DNA from: a virus | Taxonomy: Duplodnaviria > Caudoviricetes | Direction: 5' to 3' (one strand) | IMG/VR virus record: IMGVR_UViG_651324008_000005 | Span: 2,777 to 66,776 of that record | Length of the DNA stretch: 64,000 nt | Shown: positions 18,233 through 27,999 of the stretch, piece after piece | Layout of the letters: every line of letters starts with the position of its first letter | Position numbering within the stretch: position 1 is the first letter of the stretch | Position numbers and translations under genes: made by a program | The notes under the pieces: generated by a model | What the model was told of the DNA's origin: nothing | What the model saw: the letters and a program-made list of their open reading frames with translations, nothing else | Databases searched by the model: none

Positions 18233-20554
18233 ATGCCCATCGGTCCAGTCGAACCCATCAAAAACGGAGAGTCCGGTGCCAGCGTCCGTGCGAAGCTGAA
18301 CTTGCTATTGCAAGGCGCGATCGACGGGACTCTGGGTTCCGTGACGCCAGAAGATCTAGACGCCCTGGTCGACACGGTCCCACCTGCTCGGCCGAAGGGT
18401 TTTACGCTGGACTCGACACTCGTTCCGTCGAACCTTCTGATCGGCACTTGGGAACCCTCTCTCGAGGGAGACTTTGCGTATTACGAAGTGCAGTTGAAGC
18501 AAGGTCTCGGTAGCTGGATCGGTTACCAAACAAGCTCCACTCTGCATCAGGTTCCGATGATTCCGAACACCGTCTACACCGGTCGTGTGTTCGCGGTCGA
18601 CCGATCGGGCAACAAGTCGGAGCCGAGCGTCGAGTTCACGCACACCACCATTGCCGACGACGTGCCGCCAGTGATGCCAGTAGGTCTCACCGCAACGGGG
18701 GGCATCAATTCGACTTGGTTGAAGTGGGCGGCAAACAACGAAATCGACTTCGCGCGGTATGACCTTTTCGAAGCGTTGGAGGAGTTTCCCGCACCAACCG
18801 AGACCTCGCTTCCGTCATACACCTCGCAGACGAATGCCTTCGTCGTCGGCGGCCAAGAACCGGAAGTCACTCGCTGGTATTGGGTGCGCGCAATAGACAC
18901 TTCCGGCAACGTGTCGCCGTGGTCCGCGCCGGCTTCGGCAACGACGGCCAAAATTCGAAGCGAAATCAAAGCAACGCTGGAAGGGATTCTTTTCAAGCCC
19001 GGCAACGCGCCCAATGGTAACCGGTTGACCTGGACTGCGGGTCAAATCACCTATGGCGTAGACGGCAGCACGCCGACCAGCCAGAACATACCTTCCGGTG
19101 CCGTCACTTTCAGCGGCGCGACCGTCTACGTGTATTACATCCTCGGCGACAACAAGTTCTCGGTCACCACGTCGCTTGTTACGATGTATGCGCAGGATTC
19201 CGTGCTGATCGGCGTCTATCGAGGAGGAAACGACTATCAGGCCGTAGAAGGCAAGGCTTACATCGATGGCGGCACGGTCCTCGCACAGACGATCGGTGCG
19301 AACCAGCTTGTCGCTGATCAAGCAGTCATCACCGGTTCCGCTCAAATTGCCGAAGCAATTATCGAGAACGCCCACATCGTGGAACTGAGTGCCGCGAAAT
19401 TGATGGCTGAGACGGCACTCGCGGGCTCCATAACGGTCGGCGGACATGCTTTGGGTGACGTGGCCGATTATGCCAACGACCCTGCCGGCCGCATCAATGA
19501 GGCTGTGACGCAGATTGATCCCGGTAAAATCCTGATCTCTGGCGGAACGTCCCTCGCAGACTGGCGGTCAGGCGGAGACACCACCAAGATCAACGGCGGT
19601 AACATTGCCACGAATTCCGTCCGCGCAAACGTGCTTGAGATAGGTGCACGGGGCGTCGCGACTGCGGGTATTGCGTTCTCCGGAAATACACCAACTTCGA
19701 ACCGCGTGAGTTGGACCGGCGGAACGATCACCTACCTGAATGACGCAGGCTCCCCGGTCGAGGTTACAGTAACTGAAAACCCTATTGGGGCGATGTGGAC
19801 TGACGCCACGATCTATATCTATTGGACGAAAGGGGCCACGTCTCTTTCGTCGACCACGCTGGCGCCAACGGCATTCTCGTCGAACAACATCGTCCTTGCG
19901 ACTTACAAAGGCGGGTTAAATCTCACCACTGATTACGGCCGCACGATCATTGATGGTCAGGGTATCAAAACCGGGAGCATTGGCGCCGACCAGATTGCGG
20001 CGAATGCCATCCGCGCCCAACATATCGCCGCCGACAGCATAACGTCGGCAATGATTAGAGCCGGTGCAGTCACAGCGGACAAGATGAGCGTGACATCGCT
20101 TGCAGCGATCACCGCTGTTCTGGGTAACGTTGATATCGGTGACGCTAACATAAGTCGACTGGTCGTAGGCACTTCCAACATCGCGCCGGGTGCGATCACG
20201 AGCGTGTCGTTCGCGGAGAGCGGCGGTGGACCAAACACAATCACGCTCGATGTTACAGCAAACCACGGCTTGGGGTCTCCCAAGGTGAAGGTCGAGTTCC
20301 GCGGTAACGTCAAGGCTGCGGCAGGTTCCACGTTGCAGACATATGCAGAACTCAGAGACCTCAACGCAAACGTCGTCATCGACAGTATACCTCTCGTAAC
20401 CACGGGGAACTACGGCCAAACGATACTCTGGTCAAAACTCTTCACACCGCCAGGGAACAGGGCCGCAACAACTTTCCGAGTCACGTTTGCCGGGGTCCCC
20501 AACTCCAATTGGTCCATGCTTGAGGCTACGACGTTCACATTCAAGCAATCGTAG
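18233..20554 (+). CDS. Tail fibre / tail-tip protein with fibronectin-III domains
   Basis: Two FN3-like motifs (VFAVDRSGNKSEPS, VRAIDTSGNVSPWS); IxADxI beta-helix-like repeats; internally duplicated module. Confidence 0.8.
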   Translation: MPIGPVEPIKNGESGASVRAKLNLLLQGAIDGTLGSVTPEDLDALVDTVPPARPKGFTLDSTLVPSNLLIGTWEPSLEGDFAYYEVQLKQGLGSWIGYQTSSTLHQVPMIPNTVYTGRVFAVDRSGNKSEPSVEFTHTTIADDVPPVMPVGLTATGGINSTWLKWAANNEIDFARYDLFEALEEFPAPTETSLPSYTSQTNAFVVGGQEPEVTRWYWVRAIDTSGNVSPWSAPASATTAKIRSEIKATLEGILFKPGNAPNGNRLTWTAGQITYGVDGSTPTSQNIPSGAVTFSGATVYVYYILGDNKFSVTTSLVTMYAQDSVLIGVYRGGNDYQAVEGKAYIDGGTVLAQTIGANQLVADQAVITGSAQIAEAIIENAHIVELSAAKLMAETALAGSITVGGHALGDVADYANDPAGRINEAVTQIDPGKILISGGTSLADWRSGGDTTKINGGNIATNSVRANVLEIGARGVATAGIAFSGNTPTSNRVSWTGGTITYLNDAGSPVEVTVTENPIGAMWTDATIYIYWTKGATSLSSTTLAPTAFSSNNIVLATYKGGLNLTTDYGRTIIDGQGIKTGSIGADQIAANAIRAQHIAADSITSAMIRAGAVTADKMSVTSLAAITAVLGNVDIGDANISRLVVGTSNIAPGAITSVSFAESGGGPNTITLDVTANHGLGSPKVKVEFRGNVKAAAGSTLQTYAELRDLNANVVIDSIPLVTTGNYGQTILWSKLFTPPGNRAATTFRVTFAGVPNSNWSMLEATTFTFKQS

Positions 20555-20581
20555 ACGGTGGCAATTTAAGGGAACAGAATC

Positions 20582-21475
20582 GTGTCGTTCGACCAATTTG
20601 AAAATAGCCGGTATAGCGGCACACCTGTATCGCTCTATTTGATCCAAGGTGCAGAAAACAACGGTGAAAACGGAAAGATTGGACCGTTCGGGTTCAACAA
20701 TGGCGAAACGACGATCACTAAAAAGATCGGCGTCGATGATCAGGGACAGGACATTCTTCTCCCGTTTTATCCTTGGCCAATCAAGAACAGCACCATCAGT
20801 CATGACGGATCGCTCGACAAATCCGATGTTACCGTAACCATGTCCCTCGGCACTGAGATCGACCAGCTCTTTCTCGCATATCCTCCGTCACAGGTTGTGA
20901 ACCTCACAATCTTTGAAGGCCACGTCGGCGCTCCTGTAACAGACGAGAATTATCCTGCCATTTGGTTGGGGCGGATACTTGGAAGCACCTACAGGAAAAA
21001 CGAAATGGAATTGTCGTGCCAGCCCGTGTCGACCGCATTGCGACGACCGGGACTGAGGCGAAACTACCAGATTGGTTGCCCTCACGTTCTTTACGGATCT
21101 CAGTGCAGAGCGAATCGTGCCGCAGCGACGGTCGGTAAGTCCGTGGCCAGCGTCTCGAGAAACAGGATCACGACCGACTCATGGTTGGGTGACAATTTCG
21201 CGCTCTATGTGGGCGGCCTGTTGGAGTGGATCAATTCCGAAACCGGCGTCCGAGAGCTGCGCACAATCGCCTCGGTGGAGAACGTTGGCTTCACCAGTGT
21301 GATCGTCATTCGCGGAGTGGCCCGTGGATTGGCTGTCGGGACGTCGCTTTCTGTCATCAGGGGCTGCAATCGACAGATGAGTGGCTGTAACCAGCACGGC
21401 AACATCTTGAACTATGGCGGCCAACCGTTCATCCCGCTTGAAAATCCCCTTTCCTCCAAGAACCAATTCTACTAG
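20582..21475 (+). CDS. DUF2163 / BR0599-family tail-tip protein
   Basis: GLRRNYQIGCPHVLYGSQC and IRGCNRQMSGC...NILNYGGQPFIP. Confidence 0.85.
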   Translation: MSFDQFENSRYSGTPVSLYLIQGAENNGENGKIGPFGFNNGETTITKKIGVDDQGQDILLPFYPWPIKNSTISHDGSLDKSDVTVTMSLGTEIDQLFLAYPPSQVVNLTIFEGHVGAPVTDENYPAIWLGRILGSTYRKNEMELSCQPVSTALRRPGLRRNYQIGCPHVLYGSQCRANRAAATVGKSVASVSRNRITTDSWLGDNFALYVGGLLEWINSETGVRELRTIASVENVGFTSVIVIRGVARGLAVGTSLSVIRGCNRQMSGCNQHGNILNYGGQPFIPLENPLSSKNQFY

Positions 21476-21479
21476 AATT

Positions 21480-21496
21480 ACTCACTAAACGTGAAA
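21480..21496 (-). promoter_or_regulatory. Operator-like site
   Basis: Reverse strand reads TTTCAC-gtttagt-GAGT; intergenic. Confidence 0.55.
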
Positions 21497-21513
21497 TCCA
21501 CGAAAAGTGAGCC

Positions 21514-21750
21514 ATGCCCTTTCCGTTCCTTGCATTGTTCGTTCAGCTTCTGGTCGGCATAGGATCGATGGTGATCGGCTATCTCATGATGCCGAAAGCC
21601 TCGACATCTCAGCCCGAGGAAGTGACGGACATGGACGAGCCGACGGCTGAGAGCCGGCCTATACCTGTCGTCTTTGGCGAACTCGATGTTGCGCCCAACA
21701 TCCTCTGGTTCGGCGACAAGGCAACGACCAGCAGAAAGGTTTCTGCGTGA
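21514..21750 (+). CDS. Small tail assembly protein
   Basis: Hydrophobic N-terminus followed by PTAESRPIPVVFGE...PNILWFGD. Confidence 0.8.
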   Translation: MPFPFLALFVQLLVGIGSMVIGYLMMPKASTSQPEEVTDMDEPTAESRPIPVVFGELDVAPNILWFGDKATTSRKVSA

Positions 21751-21950
21751 GCGAGGTCGATCCCATCGTTACGATTAGCGACATACGTCCGTTCTTCTGC
21801 GTGAAGGGCGTGCGCAAAGCGTTTGCGGCTGGCGGTGGCGACTTCGACCACTTCCTCAGACACGGTATGCCAGCCTCAGAATTGAGGGGCAAAGGCTTTG
21901 ACGCTCAGCTTGATCGCGTTCTCGATGCTATCCGCTCGAGGGCCTCCTAA
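21747..21950 (+). CDS. Small tail assembly protein
   Basis: FCVKGVRKAF...FDHFLRHGMPASEL; coupled on both sides. Confidence 0.75.
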   Translation: MSEVDPIVTISDIRPFFCVKGVRKAFAAGGGDFDHFLRHGMPASELRGKGFDAQLDRVLDAIRSRAS

Positions 21951-24316
21951 TGGGAATGGGCGGCAAGGGCGAAGGCAAAGTCGAAATCTACGAGTACACG
22001 ATGGGTCTCCATATGGGCATTTGCGCCTATGGAGACGGCGTTAAGCTGATTGCCGCGAAATACAACGAAAAGGAAATCTGGCGCGGGGAATTGGTCGACG
22101 AGACGACCGTCGCAATCAACAAGCCAGATCTGTTCGGCGATGTGAAAAAGGAGGGCGGAGTCAAAGGCCTTCTGTGGTGGTTGCCGGGAAAAGCAACGCA
22201 GGTCATGCCGGCATCACTGGCAGCCCGCCTTGGCTTAACGAGCGCGACATGCCCCGGCTTTCGCGGATTTACCAGTGTGTTCCTGACAGGCGTGGCAGAC
22301 GTTTGGGAAGGTGCATATCAAGGGCTCGTGAACGCGCTGAACAATCAGCCGTCGGCTTTCAAGCGCGGCTTTTATCTGGCTGCAAACAATCCATATCTGC
22401 GCGCCTTTTCGTTCCGTATTCGCCGGGCTCCGATCGGTCTCAATCCTGCTCTTGCGCTTATTCAGGTTGACAGCGATTCCTACGGCCGACCCCAGTACGG
22501 TGCAAATCCCGCGCACATCATCTACGAGTGCCTCACCAACCAGGATTGGGGAATGGGAGAGTCGCCGGGCGTCATCGACAAGGACTCTTTTGAGGCTGCC
22601 GCACAACTATTCTACAACGAACGACTTGGAATGAGCCTTGTCTGGACCCGCCAGAGCGAAATCCAGAAGTTCATCGGCGAGGTCTGCAACCATGTTCAGG
22701 CCGCTGTCTTCGTGAAGCCGTCGACTGGAAAGCACACGATCAAGGCTCTCCGAGGCGACTATGATGTCGATCTCCTTCCGGTCATCGATGCGAGCAATGC
22801 AGTCCTTGCCAATTTCGCGCGCAAGGCGTGGGGCGAACTCGCGAATGAAATCGTGGTCACGATGACCAATGCCGAAACCGGCAAGAGTGAAACGATCACC
22901 GTTCAGGACTTGGCAGGCATTGCCGCAGAGGGTGGCATCGTCAGCTCGTCGAGAAACTATTATGGTTTCACCTCGAAATCTGCGGCACAGTATGTGGCCG
23001 AGCGCGATCTGGCCGCGTCCGTAAATCCCATCGCAACATGTCAGGCGCAGGTGACGCGGCAGTTTTGGGATACTGTCAGCAGCGACGTGGTCGTGCTGAC
23101 TTGGCCCGAATACGACATTGAGCGCATAGTATTTCGTGTCTCCGAGGCTCAGAGAGATTCCAACACTGTGACGCTCGATCTCTACGAAGACATCTTTGGG
23201 CTCGATCTTGCGAGCTACCTCGAGTCGGATGACACGGCGTGGGTCAATCCATCACAACCGCCGACACCTGCTTCCTACTACCAGATCGGCACAGCCCCTG
23301 CATTCATGGCCGCCGCTGCCCTGAAGCTCAATGATCCGTCCGAACTCGAATACCCGGAAGCGCTGGCAGCCGTGACGGTTGGTGCCGACAGCGACGATGA
23401 TGTGAACTACGATCTCGTGACCTATGTCACGGACGTGAACGGGACCACCAAACGTTCATCGATCGGCACGCGCCCGTTCTTCGGCACTTTCGCGCTTACC
23501 ACTCCGCTCGTCGCCGAGTCGCAAAGCCAGTTGACCACGCTACCAGGTCTTCGCGGCGGGGTTCCGTCGGCTGGCGATTTCATTCTCATCGGAACAGGGA
23601 ATGACGAGTATACGGAAATCTGCACCGTGCAGACGGCGGATGCTCTCGGTTATCTGCTGAACCGCGGGATGCTCGATACGGTGCCAAAAGCTTGGCCTGT
23701 CGGGACGCGTTGTTTCATCATTCCAGCAGACTCGGTCATGGTTGACCCCACGGTGCGATCCGTTTTCGAAAGCACTTCCTACTGGCTGCTGACCAGGACA
23801 ACAGCCGGCGCACTGCCTCTGGCGAACGCACCACAGCTCAACATCTCAATCAGCCCACGTCCGTATCGGCCCAACCGGCCTGCCAACGTGAAGATCAATG
23901 GCGTCAGTTTCGGTGCAGTCGACGCGCGTTCTGCGTCCGAACTATCTGTAAGCTGGTCGAACCGCAACCGCATCCTCGAGTCGACGCAGGCTCTGAAATG
24001 GAATGAGGCTGATGTTGGCGGCGAAGACGGTCAGACGACGCGCATCGATGTTCGCACGACGACCGGGACATTGATCACCAGTTATTCCGGTCTGACCGGG
24101 AACACGTTCACCATTCCGCTGAGTGACCTTGGTACGAACGTCAACTCGACGGTCACCGTATCGGCCGAACGGGACGGTTATCGCTCCCTGCAGGCACACT
24201 CGCTGGCGGTCCAAATCACACCTCGCGACGCGATTAGATTGTCCGGTGACGAGAGCGGTTATCTCCGTCTGTCGGGCGACCAAAGCGGCCGCATTCTACT
24301 CTCAGGAGACGCCTGA
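21950..24316 (+). CDS. Central tail-tip / host-specificity protein
   Basis: 788 aa; YTMGLHMGIC, NPAHIIYECLTNQDWGMG and YRPNRPANVKING. Confidence 0.85.
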   Translation: MGMGGKGEGKVEIYEYTMGLHMGICAYGDGVKLIAAKYNEKEIWRGELVDETTVAINKPDLFGDVKKEGGVKGLLWWLPGKATQVMPASLAARLGLTSATCPGFRGFTSVFLTGVADVWEGAYQGLVNALNNQPSAFKRGFYLAANNPYLRAFSFRIRRAPIGLNPALALIQVDSDSYGRPQYGANPAHIIYECLTNQDWGMGESPGVIDKDSFEAAAQLFYNERLGMSLVWTRQSEIQKFIGEVCNHVQAAVFVKPSTGKHTIKALRGDYDVDLLPVIDASNAVLANFARKAWGELANEIVVTMTNAETGKSETITVQDLAGIAAEGGIVSSSRNYYGFTSKSAAQYVAERDLAASVNPIATCQAQVTRQFWDTVSSDVVVLTWPEYDIERIVFRVSEAQRDSNTVTLDLYEDIFGLDLASYLESDDTAWVNPSQPPTPASYYQIGTAPAFMAAAALKLNDPSELEYPEALAAVTVGADSDDDVNYDLVTYVTDVNGTTKRSSIGTRPFFGTFALTTPLVAESQSQLTTLPGLRGGVPSAGDFILIGTGNDEYTEICTVQTADALGYLLNRGMLDTVPKAWPVGTRCFIIPADSVMVDPTVRSVFESTSYWLLTRTTAGALPLANAPQLNISISPRPYRPNRPANVKINGVSFGAVDARSASELSVSWSNRNRILESTQALKWNEADVGGEDGQTTRIDVRTTTGTLITSYSGLTGNTFTIPLSDLGTNVNSTVTVSAERDGYRSLQAHSLAVQITPRDAIRLSGDESGYLRLSGDQSGRILLSGDA

Positions 24317-25287
24317 TGGCCGACAAAGAACTTGGAGCCCTATCACCGATCGAAACTCTGCTCGCGGCGGCGCTGTTTCATACGGTCCAAGGTGGCAATA
24401 GCCGGAAGGTGACAGCGCAGCAGATTGCTGACTTCGTCAACGGCAACTATCCGGAATTCATTCGCACGCTTCTCACGGCCCAGGACGCCGACGACATTTA
24501 TGCGGCCATTGGTGCGGCGCCTGACGCAGCTAAACTCGGCGGCCAGTCGCCATCGTTCTTTGCCTCAGCGGAGGCAGTTGATGATGCACTTGCGGATAAA
24601 GTGCCCACTTCGCGCACGATCGCAGGCCATGCGCTCACCGCGGACGTTACGCTCGTAAAAGCGGATGTTGGACTGGGGAACGCGGACAACACATCAGATG
24701 TCGATAAGCCGATAAGTACTTTGCAACAAGCTGCGCTTGATCAGAAGGTAGCCGGGCCAAACGGTGGCGTCACAAACAACTTTCCGGTTGCCTTCGACAC
24801 GGCTACTGGAAAGCTGATCAAAGCGATAACCGGAGCCATAGCCGCACTTCATGGTTTGACGCCATCGGCTAATACATTCCCATACTTCACTGGCCCTGCA
24901 GCTGCTGCGCTTGCCGATCTGACACCTCTCGCTCGCTCATTGCTGGATGACACGACTGGCGCGGCAATGTACGCCACGCTCGGGGCTACCCAGTTCCTTG
25001 GCAACGATGGTTTTGTTAGATTACCCAATGGGCTAATGATCCAGTGGGGTCAGCGATCAGCCGGGTCGGGGGTCGCCGACGTCTTGTTCCCTACCGCTTT
25101 CCCGAATGCAGCCTACAGGGTCATCGTTGGGACGGACATCGACAACAACACCGGAACCGATGCGTACGTGAACTGGTCAAGCTTGCTTTCGCTTACCGGA
25201 TTTCGGTTGAACGGAAGGTTTATAATCAGCGGCGGCACGGTCGGGCCGGGCGGAGTTGTTGCAAATTTCATCGCCATAGGAAGGTGA
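24316..25287 (+). CDS. Side tail fibre / receptor-binding protein
   Basis: Phage tail repeat KADVGLGNADNTSDVDKPIS; C-terminal RLPNGLMIQWG fibre domain. Confidence 0.85.
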   Translation: MADKELGALSPIETLLAAALFHTVQGGNSRKVTAQQIADFVNGNYPEFIRTLLTAQDADDIYAAIGAAPDAAKLGGQSPSFFASAEAVDDALADKVPTSRTIAGHALTADVTLVKADVGLGNADNTSDVDKPISTLQQAALDQKVAGPNGGVTNNFPVAFDTATGKLIKAITGAIAALHGLTPSANTFPYFTGPAAAALADLTPLARSLLDDTTGAAMYATLGATQFLGNDGFVRLPNGLMIQWGQRSAGSGVADVLFPTAFPNAAYRVIVGTDIDNNTGTDAYVNWSSLLSLTGFRLNGRFIISGGTVGPGGVVANFIAIGR

Positions 25288-25290
25288 CAG

Positions 25291-25752
25291 ATGACAAAAG
25301 CTGTATTCAACTCGGACGGTATTCCTCTCGGTTTTTACAATGAGGAAATACACGGAGAAAACATTCCCGCTGACGCAATCGATATATCCGACGAACAATG
25401 GGTAGATCTTTTGGCTGGCTGTGGAAGCCGCGTATGGAAAAACGGCGAGGTTGTGGACATTGATCCGACTTTCAATGCCCCGACCATCGCTGACTACGAA
25501 AACGCCATCCAGAACCTTGTCGACAGCACGGCGCGTGAGAAGCAATTCCGTGACGGCGTCACGCTCGCATCCTACACGGCATCGACAAAGCCCAACTGGG
25601 CAGCAGAGGCTCAAGCCTTTGTCGCATGGCGCGATAATGTCTGGTTCTACGCTTACGGCGAATTGGCCAAGGTGCAGGCCGGGCAACGCCAGCAACCCTC
25701 AGTCGAAGAGTTTCTCGCAGAGATCCCTCCGATCGAATGGCCTCAAGCGTAA
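25291..25752 (+). CDS. Tail fibre assembly chaperone
   Basis: GFYNEEIHG...AIDISDEQWVDLL and EAQAFVAWRDNVW. Confidence 0.8.
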   Translation: MTKAVFNSDGIPLGFYNEEIHGENIPADAIDISDEQWVDLLAGCGSRVWKNGEVVDIDPTFNAPTIADYENAIQNLVDSTAREKQFRDGVTLASYTASTKPNWAAEAQAFVAWRDNVWFYAYGELAKVQAGQRQQPSVEEFLAEIPPIEWPQA

Positions 25753-25763
25753 AGGACACCCCA

Positions 25764-25970
25764 ATGACATCCTACGTCGACTCACTGAAACGACAGAACG
25801 CTTTCCTCCAATCGGAAATCGAGCGGCACGCGAACGCGGTTGACGCTCTCGCGTCCGAACTCGACCTGAGGACCCGTCAATGCGACGATCTACAAAAGCA
25901 GCTTGAGGAATTGCAGAACGATCAGGCGGAGCTTCCTTTTGATGCTCAAAATTCCTCACAAAAGTTGTAA
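25764..25970 (+). CDS. Hypothetical coiled-coil protein
   Basis: AAAGGA RBS before ATG 25764; heptad pattern. Confidence 0.6.
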   Translation: MTSYVDSLKRQNAFLQSEIERHANAVDALASELDLRTRQCDDLQKQLEELQNDQAELPFDAQNSSQKL

Positions 25971-26027
25971 TTTGCGCTGACGTTGTGTATTTCTGATCGG
26001 GTCCACATCGTTCCCGAGGATTAATTC

Positions 26028-27023
26028 ATGACAGCAGTGTCCGTCTCGCAGGTCCGCGCCGCAGCAAAGGGGCGCGTTGACGAAAGCAACCTGAATTCTG
26101 TCATGATGGCGCTGTCAAAATACGGTGCCGGTGCCGGCTTGAACCTGCCGCATCGCACCGTTCCGTACCTGTCACAACTGATGCATGAGAGCGGATCGTT
26201 CCGGTATGACCGCGAAATTTGGGGCCCGACACCTGCGCAAGAGCGCTACGACACCCGCACCGATCTCGGTAACACCCCCGAGAAAGACGGCGACGGCTAC
26301 AAGAACCGTGGTCGCGGCCCAATCCAGGTTACTGGCGGCCGTAACATTCGCACCTTCTACCAGTGGTGCGTGCGGAAAGGGCTCAATCCTCCCGACTTCG
26401 TTAAGAACCCCGATCTCATCAACACCGATCCGTGGGAAGGTCTTTCGGCGATCTGGTACTGGGACGAGGGGAACCCTGACGGCAAGAGCCTGAACCGCTA
26501 CGCGGATCGCAACGACCTCGAAATGATCACACGCCGCATCAATGGCGGCCTCAACGGCTACGCAGATCGCCTGGATTATTACACGCGCCTCGGTCTCGCT
26601 GTTCTCGGTTTCAATGTCACCGACATCATCGGCCTGCAGAACGCAGGGCAGAAGGCGGGCTACTACAAGGGCAAGCTCGACGGTCTCGACGGCCCTCAAA
26701 CGCGTGCTGCCATCCACCTTATGCTCGTAGACCTCTCGCCCAAGTCGCAGGTTATCGAGGTTAAAGCTGCGCCCGTTACCGAAGAAAAACCGGTGCCGGT
26801 TACACCGCCGAGCCTGGATGCTCCGTGGTGGAAATCGAAGGAAGTCATCGTGCCCGCAGTTACCGGTGGCGGACTTTCCTCCGGGCTGGCTGCCGTCGGC
26901 TCGATGCCGTGGCAGAACCTCGCATTGATCCTCGTTGCATTCGGCCTCGCTGGCGCATTCCTGCTCTGGCGGAAGAAGTCCGATGCGAAGGCCGTCTCTG
27001 ACCAGGTGCAGGGGATGGCGTGA
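26028..27023 (+). CDS. Endolysin, GH19 (chitinase-like) with peptidoglycan-binding motif and C-terminal TM segments
   Basis: QLMHESGSF, YKNRGRGPIQVTG, ITRRINGGLNGYADR, GKLDGLDGPQT; hydrophobic C-terminus. Confidence 0.9.
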   Translation: MTAVSVSQVRAAAKGRVDESNLNSVMMALSKYGAGAGLNLPHRTVPYLSQLMHESGSFRYDREIWGPTPAQERYDTRTDLGNTPEKDGDGYKNRGRGPIQVTGGRNIRTFYQWCVRKGLNPPDFVKNPDLINTDPWEGLSAIWYWDEGNPDGKSLNRYADRNDLEMITRRINGGLNGYADRLDYYTRLGLAVLGFNVTDIIGLQNAGQKAGYYKGKLDGLDGPQTRAAIHLMLVDLSPKSQVIEVKAAPVTEEKPVPVTPPSLDAPWWKSKEVIVPAVTGGGLSSGLAAVGSMPWQNLALILVAFGLAGAFLLWRKKSDAKAVSDQVQGMA

Positions 27024-27316
27024 TGGGTGAGGTCAGGACGGAACCCGTCGAAGCGACATATTGCGAAGATATCGAAGAGGTGAACGCCAAGGCCGGTGCA
27101 TTCGAGTTCTTCGTCGATCGCGAAGAAAACGTGGCGGGGATGATCTATTCCTGTCCGTGCGGATGCGGTCGAACGGGTGCGCTGAACTTCCGTCCACATC
27201 CGTCACCGTCGTGGCAATGGAACGGCGATCGCGAAAAGCCGACGCTGACTCCAAGTGTCCACCATGTGGGCCACTGGCACGGGTTCCTCACCGACGGCGT
27301 CTGGAGATCATGCTGA
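27020..27316 (+). CDS. DUF6527-like small protein
   Basis: YSCPCGCG...WQWNGDREKPTLTPSV...HWHGFLTDGVW. Confidence 0.75.
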   Translation: MMGEVRTEPVEATYCEDIEEVNAKAGAFEFFVDREENVAGMIYSCPCGCGRTGALNFRPHPSPSWQWNGDREKPTLTPSVHHVGHWHGFLTDGVWRSC

Positions 27317-27573
27317 TGTTCAGTTTCACCGACTATCTCAAACTCGGTATTGGCGCGATCGCTGGTGCAGCACTGATGGCTGTGCCGGCGTGCTCATACG
27401 GCGTCCATCGAGAACGCGAAAGCGCGAAAGTCGAGGCCGCGAAAGAAGCGCTCGGCCGCATCACCAAAATGGAGAAAAACGATGCTTCGTTCCGCAAGCT
27501 TCCGTCTCGCGAGCGTTGCCTTGCTATCGTGCGTGATAGCGGGCTGCCAGACAGCACCTGCGATGAACGGTAG
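27316..27573 (+). CDS. i-spanin (Rz-like)
   Basis: N-terminal TM (LGIGAIAGAALMAV) followed by a coiled coil; start refined from the over-long 27061 ORF. Confidence 0.7.
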   Translation: MFSFTDYLKLGIGAIAGAALMAVPACSYGVHRERESAKVEAAKEALGRITKMEKNDASFRKLPSRERCLAIVRDSGLPDSTCDER

Positions 27574-27700
27574 CGGGTATCAGGTCACCCGGTTCTCTGA
27601 TCCGGAGGCCGCACGGCTTGCTTCACAGGATCCGACGGCCGGTCCTGCGATCTATTCCAACAATCGCCAGTGCAGCCGCGATGCTGCCTGCCGCAAATAA
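27482..27700 (+). CDS. o-spanin lipoprotein (Rz1-like), overlapping Rz
   Basis: Lipobox VIAG-C; overlaps the 3' end of Rz in another frame. Confidence 0.75.
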   Translation: MLRSASFRLASVALLSCVIAGCQTAPAMNGSGYQVTRFSDPEAARLASQDPTAGPAIYSNNRQCSRDAACRK

Positions 27701-27717
27701 GGGCAGGAAACCGTGAC

Positions 27718-27999
27718 ATGACTGAACAACTTCCGGAGAAGATGGTGGAGCTGCCAGAAAAGACCAGGGCCTTCCTTGCCGGGCTCCGTCTCGATGAATT
27801 GAAGACCCTCGAGGCAATCATCGAAATGCCAGCCGAAGATGTCCGAGAAGGATTTCGAATGGTGCGGGATATGCGGACCGTGGGCAAATTCATGCGCTGG
27901 CTACTGCTATCGATGATCGCGCTCTTCGTCGGCTCCATCATGCTTTACGAGAATATCCAAAAAGCTATCGGCTATCTGAAGGGAGGGCCGGCGCCATGA
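27718..27999 (+). CDS. Single-TM membrane protein, holin candidate
   Basis: MTEQLPEK...FMRWLLLSMIALFVGSIMLY. Confidence 0.55.
   Translation: MTEQLPEKMVELPEKTRAFLAGLRLDELKTLEAIIEMPAEDVREGFRMVRDMRTVGKFMRWLLLSMIALFVGSIMLYENIQKAIGYLKGGPAP

Noticed and set aside
18233-25752. Diversity-generating retroelement or invertible tail-fibre cassette
   Set aside because: No reverse transcriptase, TR/VR pair differing at adenines, invertase or flanking inverted repeats seen.
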